From positions 25,844,213 to 25,908,212 of the forward strand of contig OZ234493.1 in the NCBI GenBank assembly GCA_965153455.1: a DNA stretch of 64,000 nucleotides, in the 5' to 3' direction. The stretch is from Sphagnum compactum (taxonomy: Eukaryota). How positions within the stretch are numbered: the stretch's first letter is position 1; the number at the start of each line of letters is the position of its first letter. The translations under genes were made by a program, and so were the position numbers. Of the stretch, positions 27,266-38,834 are shown one piece after another. The notes under the pieces were generated by a model, which was given only the letters and a program-made list of their open reading frames with translations, had not been told where the DNA came from and made no database searches.

Positions 27266-28090
27266 TGTCGCAACACCACTTTGAGGCAAAGTGTGAGGAT
27301 GAAACTCACACTCCCAAAAAAGTGAGAACTTGGAGTCCTCCGGGACTCCCGAAAATTCAGAGCTTGATTGCAGGGATCAAAACACTTTGTATTGAGATGT
27401 TCTTTATACCGTTGGAAAGGTCTTGAAGTGTAGATGTTGAAAATGGCCTCGCATGAGCCATTCGGACATCTGCAGCACAAGTTATGGTCGAAAGAAGGGT
27501 CGAGAGTCAAACTGGTAGTTTGACTTCTGACCACTAAAAGTCAGGAATCGACCCGATCCCGGTGCGTGCAGATGAAGTGCGACACATCGTTGGAAAGCTC
27601 TTGAGGAAAGCTACAAGATTGCTTCAGACCTCATCCCAATCGGAGGTTTGAACTGGGAGTTATGAGCTTCCAAAGTCCCGGGAGTCCAAACCGGAACAGT
27701 TTCGGGACTCCTCCTTGGGAGTCCCGGGACAAAAAGTGATTCGGATGCGGGTGCCGTGGGCGAACGTAAAAAATACTATATAGGGGAAGGTGGTGGCTTC
27801 CCCCGAGTTCGGGCCGCGGTGAATCTTGTGAGTCCAGAGTTACCCATGGCTTGTTCTAGCACCAAGGGTGCTTCAGAAAGTGAACTAACCAACTTGTTGG
27901 TTGGTTTTGATGCAGGTTCGAGTAAGTAAGTAAGCTTGTCACTCTTCCTTGTCCCATCCCGAGGCTTCAACACGCCCCTTTACCCCTTTTAGTGCTGAAG
28001 GCTGGGAGCGTGCCTCAAGTCCCTCACTTTTCCGCAACTTGAACAAGTTAGCCCCATCTTTGGACTCATTAGGGACTTGGGAGCGCGTTA
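27266..28090. mobile_element. Solo LTR of an LTR retrotransposon (825 bp) with 5-bp TSD GCATG
   Basis: GC-rich island in AT-rich DNA. Starts TGTCGC, ends GCGTTA (decayed TG..CA). Flanked by GCATG at 27261-27265 and 28091-28095. No internal gag/pol. Confidence 0.85.
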
Positions 28091-30164
28091 GCATGCATAA
28101 TGGGTATGCAAAAGTTTAATGCCCACTAGACGTAAAGTTGAGCATGTGCATTGATGAGCATATTCATTGGCATGTTTTTGCAAGTACAAAACACACATGT
28201 GAGTTTATTTACACATACACAACTTACAAATTTGTTTTGAACATTTGAACTATTGGAGAAATTTCCACATAATGTTACATCAATGACTAACTACCAAAAT
28301 TGTACCTTACATGATGGAAGAAGATAAGATGTTGGAGATACTAATGCCCAAAGTTGTTGATGCCATAACGTTTTTTGATGTTGGCCTTTTTGTTTGATTC
28401 ATTCTTAATATTGCAAAATTGCATGTGGAAACAAAAGGGATATTTTCGTTTCTTATGTCCTCATTAAGTTATTTAAATGTATAAGAATGTAATTAAGTTT
28501 TCTTAAAATGTTGATTTTCATTAGCAAAAGTTAGCCTAATATCCTTAGACATGGTTTGGTTGTATATGTAATTTTTTGAAATTAAGTTAAATTCCAAAAG
28601 AATTTTCCTTAATGAAATGAAAACATTATAATTCTTAAAAATAATTAGTAGTTTAAATAATAATAATAATCAATGCATTTGAACCATTTGAAAATGAAGA
28701 AAAAACCATAGTGAACCACATTTTTGATGGTTGACTTTCATTCACACAAACAAATATCCTAGCATTGCTTAACACAATGTTACAAAATCACTTGTGAATT
28801 CTAAAACATTAGAACAAAATTTTAACATCACTTTAACCAACAAAATGTGTGGCACATACTTGAAAAATCGTCTACATAATAGATTTAAAGAACAATCAAG
28901 CATGCAAACACTCTCACATTGATCAAAATCACATTGAGACTTTTGTCATTCAATTCAACATTATGTCTTTTGGTTTATTTCCTCACTACATAAACCAAAG
29001 GCAAAAATTCATCAATTCATCAACAATTAGATTTAGACTCATGCACACCTACATTGTCCTTCATTGACCTACCATAAAAATCCCCAAACAAATCCACAAA
29101 AAGCCAACCTTGTTAATGTTAAAACCACTAGCTTCTTTTCCTATATGTGTTCCTTTAACTTTCTACCAACTCCTCTCAAGTTTAAATACACATTAAAAAC
29201 TACCATCCCATGCATCAAGAAGGTAGAATTGTTCACATAAAGAAACTTTGCACATTCATCATCATCTTTCTTTTCCCTTGGGTACTACCCTTTTTTATAA
29301 CAACACCCCAACACACTCCATAATAACTACATTGTGCCTAGCCTCTCCCCCACACATTATAACTCACATCCCTTATTTTGTTTCCTTCCACTCCCTTGTT
29401 CATATATAGCCATTTTTTCCTAGGTCCATCTAAATGAAGCTTCTTTTCCAAGCTTATTTAGCCAATTTCTTTAACAAGCTTTGCATCTTCAAGGTTGAAA
29501 CTTGAAGTAATTACATGTTATAAAAAATGTGAATTTCAATCCATAAAAAGGACTTCCAAAATGTTCTAAAAAAGGCAAAAAAAAATCAACATGATTAGGG
29601 CAACAACCCCAATTCCTAGCCTAACACCAAAAAAACCAACCTACTTTGGTGTTACATCTTCACCAAATATTTTTTGCCTTTTCCAAGAAACATCAAGGTT
29701 TACAATTTGATTCTTAAAAATGTTTTTGTGAAGATGTGGAGCTTCGATTGTGTGCAAGTAGGCATTGTAAAAGGCTTTCCTTTAGGTATGTAATATGGGG
29801 TTACCGCACAATGATTAACGAGAAAAATAGTCACTATGAAAGTTTTTAAATGCATTCAATCACGTTTTGGAAGTTTGCATATTAACTTGTTTCCACTTTT
29901 ATCAACCAAGTAATGTTATTGATCATGCATGCTAATTGCATTTCAATTCCAACTTCAAATTTTCTTTTTTGTTTACATTGACAATTTTTCATAGGTTAGT
30001 TGTTGGGACTTACCAAATTTTCTTTCTTTGAAAGCATTTGAAAATACTTTAATTGTTTATTTGAAGTTCATTTGAAAACTAGACATGTTGTAATTACATG
30101 AGTAAGACCAATACATGAGAAACATTCCAAAATGCAAGGGGAGGCTTGGCTAACACTAATGTTT

Positions 30165-30280
30165 CAATTTTTCAATTTTGTGATGTAACCTTTTAGTGGT
30201 GGTAATCCATAAGATGATTTAACCAAATTTGGTTATAAATAAAATATGGAAGCAAAAGAGCTTTAAACATCCATTTATAT
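30165..30280 (+). repeat. Dispersed repeat family copy (TTAGCCAAATTTGGCTA-type)
   Basis: TTTTCAATTTTGTGATGTAACC..GGTAATCCATAAGATGATTTAACCAAATTTGGTTATA matches the reverse complement of 57735-57800. Confidence 0.55.
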
Positions 30281-31049
30281 TAAAGATCTCGATAAAGTTT
30301 GTAAAACCTAGGATGTAAACAATATGTTTGGGCAAAAGACAAGGTTAGGTGTTGTTGAATTCAAGGTGAACAGTGAAAAAATGAAAAAAAGGTGGAGTGA
30401 AAATTGAAAATGCTCCAATTTCAATGGAGTCCGAATTTTATCCCAAATCTAAACAAATAATGTGTGTGAGATGCATGAGAACATGAACACACTACATCAA
30501 TATGTATCTCAATTCATTTTTTATTTTATTAGATTTCATATGAACTTTGACAAATTTACTATGTTGAAAGTGGCCAACCCCTCAATGAATGGGGATTAGT
30601 TTTTATAGATAAGTGAATTCGTTGATAATTAATTCAAAATAATTACTCAAATTTATTAATAAGTAATTCAATAATAACTAATCAAATTCATTAATAATTT
30701 ATTCATTAAACTACCCTCCTAATTTATAATTAAGCTAAGAACCTAGGTTAGGCACATAACCACCTACATCTTAGCCTTAGCCATTTAAGTTAGGAACCTA
30801 AGCTAGGTTAAACACTTAGGAGCCTAACTTAAAATAAATTAAGAACCTATGTTAAGCTAAACACTTAAAACCTAGCTTAACCTAGCACACTTAACCCAAC
30901 AATTTAGGGTGTATAAAGGTTTAAACACCTCACTTCCCCTCACCTCCATGCTTAAGGAACAATTCTTTACATAATGAACCACTATTTAAATAAATGAAAT
31001 GATTTGTAACCACATATTTTTATTTACATTTTTTTCTAACCAAAGTGTA

Positions 31050-32640
31050 AACTGTAATAACTTAAATTTTTAGATTAATTGTAAACTATTTTTAGGTTAA
31101 TGTAAACTACATTAGGTTATTTTAAGCTATTATATGATAAGATTTAAATTAATCTTAAACTATTTTAGGTTATTTTTCCTTGGGTTATTTCCAACTATTC
31201 CACCTTTGGTTATTTTAGGTTATTTTAAGCTATGTTTTTATAAGTTATTCCCCCTTAGGTTATTATTGGTTATTCTAAGTTATTTTACCATAACTTATTT
31301 TAATTATTTTAAACTGAATTGATCTTATTAAATTATTTTAGACTATCTTTAGTTATTTCACCTTAAATTATTTAAAGTGATTTTCAGCTATTTTAGCTTA
31401 GGTTATTTTGAGCTATTTTTCGGTATTCCATTTTAAGCTATTATTAATTATTTCACCCAATGCTATTTTAAACTATTATATGTTAAGGTATTCTTGGCTA
31501 TTTAAGATTATTTCACCTTAGGTTATTTTAATGTATTTTACTTTAGGTTAGTTAAAACTATTTTAGGGTATTCCACCTTAGGTTATTTTCAATTATTTTA
31601 GATTATTCCACCTTAGGCTAATTTTGATTATTATAAAATATTGCACCTTAAGGTAAATTATTTTACTTTAGGTTATTATGAGTTATTTTACCTTAATTTA
31701 GTTTTGGTTGTTTTAGTTTAGTCCATCTTATGATATTATAAGTTATTCTATTTTAAGTTATTATCGATTATTTTATTTTCTGTTATTATTGATTATTCTA
31801 TTTTAAGTTATTATTAGTTATTTTACTTTAGATAATTTCTGTTTATTTTAAGCTACATAACCATAACTTGTTGTAGGCTAGAACCTTAGACTATTATATA
31901 GTATTAAAAAAGTATAATAATTTATATTAACTTAGGATGACAATTTAAAATAATCAATAATAGCCTAGAATAGCTGACAATAACCTTGGGTAAAATAACA
32001 TAGAATAATATTAGGTGAAATAGTTTAAATTAGTTGAAATTAACTTAAGCTACAATAATTTAAAATATCCAAAGGTGGAATAATATCTTAGAATAATTGA
32101 AAATAACTTAGGGCAAAATAATTTGAAATGACATAAGATGGAACATCCTAAAATAATCAAGAATAACTTATAATAGTTAAAGTGGAATTATGATTTAACA
32201 TAACAAAAATATGCTTAGAGTAGATAACTTAAAATAATTTAAGGTGGAATAACCTAGTTTAATTGAAAATAACTTATAGTAGCTAAAGGTGAAATAATTT
32301 AAAATAAACAAGGAAATATTTAGGGTAGATAACTTAAAATAACTTAAGGTGAAATAATGTAGAATAACTTATGGTGGATTAATTTAAAATAAATCAAAAA
32401 ATATAAAATAGCCTAAGGTGGAATAATTTAAAATAATTGAAAATAGCCTAAATTGGAATAACCTAGAATAATTAAAAAAGATTAGGATACAATTATAGTT
32501 TAAAGTGAAATATTAAAAAATAGTTAAAAATCATATAAGGTAAAACAACTTAAAATAATTTAAGATAAAATAACTTATAATAGGTTAGGATATAATAATT
32601 TAAAGTAAAATAACTTAGGATATTTGAAACAATAACAAAA
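31050..32640. repeat. Foldback minisatellite: two arms of degenerate short repeats in inverted orientation
   Basis: Left arm (~31050-31860) is built of TATTCCACCTTAGGTTATTTT-like units. Right arm (~31930-32640) is built of the reverse complement, AAAATAACCTAAGGTGGAATA-like. T/A strand skew flips near 31900. Confidence 0.8.
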
Positions 32641-34194
32641 TTATTTATTATACTAATATATTTCAACTAATAATAAATTATGTGAACTAATAATGAAACA
32701 TGATCATTATTACATAGTGACCTTGTTTAAAGTAGATGAATCCAATTCAGTTTTAAAGTCACATAATGATTTAGGCTATTGCACCTCATTTTTGAATGAA
32801 TGAGTGAGGTAGGATTCATGTGTCAAAGCCTGCATTTGTGAGGAAGTGAAATAGCGATAGAAAGACATGTTTCAATTTTCACTGGTAGATCCCAATTTTT
32901 AGTTTTTAGAAAGAACATTTTGAATAGGTTTCAATTGTTTTAAAAGAAAACTTGTTTTTTGAGGTTTTTGGATTGATGTTGAGAGAAGAGGTGTTGAAAG
33001 GTTTGGGTTTGATTTTGGAGGTTTTGGATTATCTACTTAGGGAATTTGAAAGGGAGGTTGTGATACGGTTTTTGGTTTTAATTTTGAGAGGCTTATGAAA
33101 GATTGGGTAAACAATAAACTTACCCTAGACAGACCCCTGCTGACCTCTCCTGAAACCCTAGGCAAACCTGAAGACCTAAGAAGACCCTATACATATCCCC
33201 TAACTTTTTAAAGCCCTAAACATACCTTAAGACCTTGGACAAACCCCTTGACATTAGACAAACCCCCTAATATTTGGATAGACCTTCTATGACTTGGGCA
33301 TACCTTTAAGACCTAGGTAGACCCTCTAGGACTTCGACAAACCCATTTTCACATGTTTATTTCTTTTTTGGCAAACCCATACTTTCTCTCAAGTTTTTTT
33401 TAGTGACTGCCACTGTTTGACACAAGAACATGGTCCCTTAGTGGAAGCACACTAAAATGCCAAGGTAGCATGAAAAAATAAAGCCTTGTAAAGCACTCAT
33501 GGAGTCTTTACACCTTAGCACAATGGCAACCATGTATAACATCCATTTTGGGAAATAATATAGTAAGTGCAGAGAACACATAATCTCGTTGATACCTTGT
33601 GCAGCATGGAATGTTGTTTATGCTTCTAAAAACAATGTACCCAAGCTTTTAACTCCAAGAAGAAATATTCAAGCCTGTTGTGAGACACACTTGAAAGAGT
33701 TAAAAAAACATAGACGTCCAATGAAGAAGACTCCAAGAAGGTGATTTTGTAGTGCAATGAACTTTGAGCAAATAGAAAACCATTGATGACCACACCTCAA
33801 AAAACGTTTTAAAGAGGCAACAATCTTCATAAATGGTACAAAAGTCACACTTGTAATCAATATTTCAACACAATAGGAAATAATTCGCGTAGCGATTAGA
33901 GGTCCAAGCAATGTATGAACTTTGAATCATAAGGTATCAACTGAAAATCTAGAGAAGTTCATGTCAAAGGCTGGAATGTTGAACATTCAGAATTACATCC
34001 ATGGATGAATAATTCCAAACAAATAATGAGATTAGAGATGTTTTATTAGTGGCCCAGGTTGGCATTACCCAACAAGAACACGAGGTCAAAGTTGCAAATC
34101 TCAAGCAAGCTAAAGATTTGACTGTAAATCTTTGAGGAGGAGTTCCAAACAGAAATAAAATGAATTTTTGATCTAGACTAGCTAAAAGTCTCCA

Positions 34195-34340
34195 AATTTT
34201 CCAAAGTCCTACAAGTCTATAAAAGTTTCCAAAATAGAATAGAAGCCTCCAGAAGTAGAATAAAATATTCCAGAAAAAACTAAGAAATTTCCAGAAATAA
34301 AATAGAGGTTTCAAAAGTGAAATCAAAGTTTCCAAATTGA
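34195..34340. repeat. Degenerate 21-bp tandem repeat
   Basis: TTCCA[A/G]AA[A/G]TA[G/A]AATA[G/A]AA.. repeated about 6 times. It gives the spurious LFYFW-rich minus ORF 33964-34422. Confidence 0.6.
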
Positions 34341-35051
34341 AAATCTCTACAAGAGTCACACCCTGGACCCTAAAAGTCCTCACCTGAAATTCTCCATTCC
34401 ATCTGAAATGATCCCTAGACATAAATAAACCCTAAAAATCTCCATCTGATCTAGTAGGTGGAGAGGCTAGGTAACCTAGATAAGTAGGTAGGATGACCCC
34501 TAAGTAACCCCCCTAGGCAGAGTTGCAATTTAGAAGAAATGGCCCCATTCATGGGTTGAAATGAGTTTGGGTACTTGTTATTGAAAAGAGACACAGGACA
34601 CTGGTTGAATTTAAGGATCTCTTCTGTAAGGTAGCTTCTCACAACAAGAGGGGGTTCAGGAACTTGATGTTCTCCTTGTGCTTCACCTTCTTAGGTGGTT
34701 TTTTTGTTTTCTTGGACGTGGGTCCTTCCATTTTGTTCCTTGTATTCCCCCCCCCCCCTTTTTTTTGGGGTGCTTTGTTTTATTTATGATTGGCAGGGAT
34801 TCGTCATCACACATAGGTATCTCCTATATATAACCTAAAGAACCTATTGATCATATCTTAAAAAGTAATAATTTATTTTTCCAAAATTTGGTGATCACAA
34901 ACCCAAAGAACACTCAATTTTTTGCAGTTTTGAGAAATTTTTTGGGCTTATTATCAAAAAGTTGTCCCAAAAGCTAGAAAGGCTGTGCACATGTACACAA
35001 GTTAACTGAGCCAGGCAGTAAACCTCTTGGGCATACAACTAATGTGAGCAT

Positions 35052-35205
35052 TGAGCAATAGGGCTGATGCACAAGGTTGCCCTTGTTTTTTCATGGCTCA
35101 GCCAGCTATGTTTGTCATTGGCGAATGACGGATGTAGAGGCTGAGCAACAGGGCTGAAGAGCAAGGTTGCCCTTGTTGCTTGACAGCTGAGGTAGCGATG
35201 TTTGT
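35052..35205. repeat. Direct duplication, 90-bp period
   Basis: TGAGCAA.AGGGCTGA.G..CAAGGTTGCCCTTGTT..TT.A..GCT.AG..AGC.ATGTTTGT at 35052 and 35142. Confidence 0.75.
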
Positions 35206-36492
35206 AGTCCCAAAGTTTGTTTATTCCCTTCCAACCAATGAGTTTTGTTCATTCTAGAGGGAAGCAGAGTGGACATGCAAGTCAGCCCACACAAGAACCT
35301 CTGAGCAGAACAAAAATGAAGTTTCCGCTAACATAAATGACTAACATTTTAATTCTGGGTGTAGTTTGAGGGATCTCCCCCAGCAGAAGAACCCAAGGGG
35401 TTGTGCCAGGGGTAGATCCTTCTATTTTTAAAGGTTCCTGCATTCCGCTAAAAGGACAGTAGTTTATGTACGCCAATGTTCCTGTACTCATGGGTTCTCC
35501 CCAAACTACGCCACTCAAGTGTTCACACGTTCACACCTTCAGATGGCCCTCCCTCAAGAGAACCCACTTGTACAGTAACCTCCCCAACAACATTATGCTG
35601 CCTTTTTGTGGCTGAGCAGACATGTGTCCTTATCATTTGAGGCCTGCCCTTTGTTTTAAGACACCCTAGCTAGGGCTCATACACCAAAAAAAAATGGACC
35701 CACCAAGGGTTTTCCTTTTACGTTTTGTGATATCAAAAATTTCCTGAAAATTTCAAAAAATTTAAAATTTCAAGAGTTTAAAAAATTTCCAAGATTTTCC
35801 AAATTTTTGTGTGGAAAAGATGACAAAATTCGTCCCCCGGATAAAACAAAGGCCCCTTCCCCCCTTGGGGACCTTATGCGGTCGGGGAATGGCCTCAACC
35901 TGGCTGGTGCCTTACCCCGTACACCAAAAGGAAATGCCCCCCTGCACGCTGGGCTCCTTACTCCGGACACTAAAAGAAACTGAAGAGGCGGAATGGGGGC
36001 CTCCTTGCGAGCAGAAGGGACGGACAGCAGACTAGTCTAGGGAACGGGCAACTTCCGCTGCTGTTTCTGGAAAGACTTGCAAGGACAGAATCATCTCTCT
36101 CGCGCTCGCTCGCTCTCACACACACACACAATCTCCCTCTTTTCTTCCTCACAGAGAGATTCTTCACCAGAGGAAGAGGACCCGAAGCACCGAACAAAAC
36201 GCAACCGATCGCTTGTCGTTTCATCAGATCACTTGTCGTGACCGACGTTACCGAGAATATACGGATCCAACCGGGAGGCACAGAGGAAAGCAGGGAGCTG
36301 ATGCAGCAGAAAAAAAAAGTCTCATCTCATCTGATCTACTACGTACGTGGCCGATGCACAATAAGTCGTCGCAGTTTCGAAAGACATCCCTTCTTCTTCT
36401 TCTTCTGGTGGACTTAATGGTTTGACATCGAACGCACGCACCTTTTCCTTTTACTCGAAACCAAGGATTTGAAGCTACGAAATGGCGGCTTA

Positions 36493-36623
36493 AGGATTTC
36501 CAGAAGCTACCAATTTAGGTCAACGAGGATTTTGATCAGAATCTACCAAAGCTCGACAAGGATTTTAATCAGAAGCTACCAAAGCTCGACGAGGATTCTG
36601 ATCAGAAGCTACCAAAGCTCGAC
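36493..36623. repeat. 33-bp tandem repeat x3-4 upstream of the kinase
   Basis: AGGATTTTGATCAGAAGCTACCAAAGCTCGAC unit. Confidence 0.85.
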
Positions 36624-36704
36624 TGATGATCGAGAGTCGAGAGACAGAGAGAACAGAGATGAGAAGGAGGAGTAAGAGGAGTAGTGCACCACCTTTAATA
36701 GCAG

Positions 36705-36845
36705 CGGAGATCACGAAGTTACACTGATAGCCAGCAAGGGGCGGAGAAGACGATGACGAAGTTACACTGATAGCCAGCAAGGGGGCGGAGAAGACGATGA
36801 CGAAGTTACACTGACAGCCATCAAGGGGGCGGAGAAGACGATGAA
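36705..36845. repeat. 43-44-bp tandem repeat x3 upstream of the kinase
   Basis: ACGAAGTTACACTGATAGCCAGCAAGGGG(G)CGGAGAAGACGATG unit. Confidence 0.85.
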
Positions 36846-36983
36846 GAATTGCATGCCTAGAGGAGCCATCCAAGGTAAACTCATGATGCAACTGTGCCGG
36901 AAGTTGCAGGAAAGTCGGGATGAGTTGGAGTTTCGATGACGGAGCGAAGAAGAAGTTGTGATGTGTGCTAGGATTTGGGAGGT

Positions 36984-38834
36984 ATGGAGAGTACTATTAC
37001 GAGGAAACTGGTGCAGGCAATCGAGGATGCTCGGGACTCGTGCATGGGTGTACAACAGCGGCTGATGGAATTGAGGCGAGATCCAAAGGTGAATGGATTA
37101 CAAGCTGATTACCTGAAAGCCAGGCTAATTTGGTTGCAGAAACCGCCACTGTTTCCGCTGTACTCCAACATCATTCCATGGTTGCGAGATCATGCAGCAG
37201 CTGCAGCAGAAGCAGATTCGAGATCAGAATCTCCCAGTCGACATGAAAGCTTTGGGGTTCAAGCAGTTTTTGACCATGCTTTGTTGTTCTGTGCCAATGC
37301 ACTTCGAGAATTGAGCAGAGTCATGAGAATTGGGGAAGCTCTGGTTGTCGAATGTGTAGCTGAATCCAGCAAAGATTGGAAGCCTGAGCTTTGGATCCTA
37401 GAAAGCATCTTAGCATCTCATGAAACCACTCCAGCAGTTCGACACCAGAATTCAAACAAAGCCCTAAGAGTGGGTGGTTCATCATCAATCCCTCTAAGTC
37501 CTGCTGCTGCTGCTGCTGATGAGGAGCCTCTCTGGTCTCCATTCTACCTGGTTCTTCGAGACTTGCACTATGCCCTAGGCTTGGTGGAGAAAGCATATGC
37601 TGAATTAAATGAGATGTGTGGATACATCTTCCACTTCATTCCCCCACATGTGATTAAGAAGACACTGGATCACCGGCTTGAGAATGATACAGAGTTTTGT
37701 CGATTGAATGCTGTGAAAGACACTGATGAGCTTTTACGCGAGTGCAAACACCTAATCAGTGCAAAAAAGACAAGGAGCAGCAGCAAGTTCCGTTGTGCAA
37801 GCTACATGCTTGGCAAGCTCAATCTTAGGTCTCATCCGAAGCCAGGTGGGCCAACGCCGGACCATCTTCCTGAGTTTCTTTGCATTGAGAACAATGAGTT
37901 GGAGGGAAACAGTGAGCCATTTGCGGATGGAAGCTTTGGGTATGTGTCAGAGCGCTTGTGGCTGCAATTTCCAGTGGCAGTAAAAACCATGAAGTCAGAT
38001 GTACTTAAGGACTTGTTAGAGGAGGTTGCAATGCTTGCAAGAGTGGAACATCCTCATGTGGTGCGACTTGTAGGGTATTGCTGCATCATCAGAGGACAAG
38101 AGACAACAACCAGAAATAGGCTGGTGATGCAGAGGATGAGCACAGATCTTCGCAGGCTTATGGATGCAATTGTTGAGAGTCCAGAATTTGACGAAGATGT
38201 ACCCTTTCCTGCACCTGTGGCCCTGGACATCATCATGCAACTAGCTGAAGGTCTCAAGTTTCTGCGAATCCAACGAGTGATGCACCGAGACATCAAAGCC
38301 AAAAACATCCTCGTGAATGATCGACCTCTTCTGCAATCATCTGCTGCTGATACTGCCACCAGGATTGATGATCAGCATCATGGACAAAAGCAGCTCCAGT
38401 ACTACCTAGTTAAGCTTACAGACATGGGTTTGTCACAGTACAAGCTTCCACAAAACTCTACAAGTGCAACCAAGATGAAAGGAGCAACAAATTGGAGAGC
38501 TCCCGAAGTGTTTGCAGAAAATACTTCAACTTATGACTGGGCTGCAGATGTCTACAGTTTTGCAATGGCATGCTACGAAATTGTTTCTGGTAAAACCCCA
38601 TTCTATGATGTGAGGATAATCACTTACGAACGATTGTGTCAAGGTGAAAGACCTACTTTGCCAAGCAACTGTCAACCAGAGCTTGCAGATCTCATCAGAA
38701 GATGTTGGGAAACTAAACCTAGCGATAGACCAAACATTTTCCAGATTTGCCAAGAGCTTCAGAGCTGCAAGGAAGCTTTACTCAGAAGATACAACAACTA
38801 CTTTGTAGCTGAAGCTGCTGCTGCTGTGCCATGA
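36984..38834 (+). CDS. Intronless TKL-type protein kinase with N-terminal helical DUF1221/HeLo-like domain (plant MLKL-like architecture), 616 aa
   Basis: Single ORF from ATG 36984. Kinase motifs: ADGSFGYV, VAVK, HRDIKAKN, LTDMG, GATNWRAPE, AADVYSFAM, CW..KPSDRP. N-terminal VNGLQADYL and ALRELSRVMRIGEALVVEC..KDW resemble recalled DUF1221 motifs (INQRQC.LL, PLRELYRVFKEGE.YV..C...DWW). Confidence 0.9.
   Translation: MESTITRKLVQAIEDARDSCMGVQQRLMELRRDPKVNGLQADYLKARLIWLQKPPLFPLYSNIIPWLRDHAAAAAEADSRSESPSRHESFGVQAVFDHALLFCANALRELSRVMRIGEALVVECVAESSKDWKPELWILESILASHETTPAVRHQNSNKALRVGGSSSIPLSPAAAAADEEPLWSPFYLVLRDLHYALGLVEKAYAELNEMCGYIFHFIPPHVIKKTLDHRLENDTEFCRLNAVKDTDELLRECKHLISAKKTRSSSKFRCASYMLGKLNLRSHPKPGGPTPDHLPEFLCIENNELEGNSEPFADGSFGYVSERLWLQFPVAVKTMKSDVLKDLLEEVAMLARVEHPHVVRLVGYCCIIRGQETTTRNRLVMQRMSTDLRRLMDAIVESPEFDEDVPFPAPVALDIIMQLAEGLKFLRIQRVMHRDIKAKNILVNDRPLLQSSAADTATRIDDQHHGQKQLQYYLVKLTDMGLSQYKLPQNSTSATKMKGATNWRAPEVFAENTSTYDWAADVYSFAMACYEIVSGKTPFYDVRIITYERLCQGERPTLPSNCQPELADLIRRCWETKPSDRPNIFQICQELQSCKEALLRRYNNYFVAEAAAAVP

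Noticed and set aside
27196-27973. ORFs inside the GC-rich island
   Set aside because: They lie within the solo LTR and have no gag/pol motifs.
33964-34422. 152-aa Phe/Trp-rich minus ORF resembling a membrane protein
   Set aside because: Translation of a 21-bp AT-rich tandem repeat.
35820-35975. GC-rich segment considered as snRNA, 7SL or tRNA
   Set aside because: No recognisable Sm site, cloverleaf or USE/TATA arrangement; more likely promoter sequence of the kinase.
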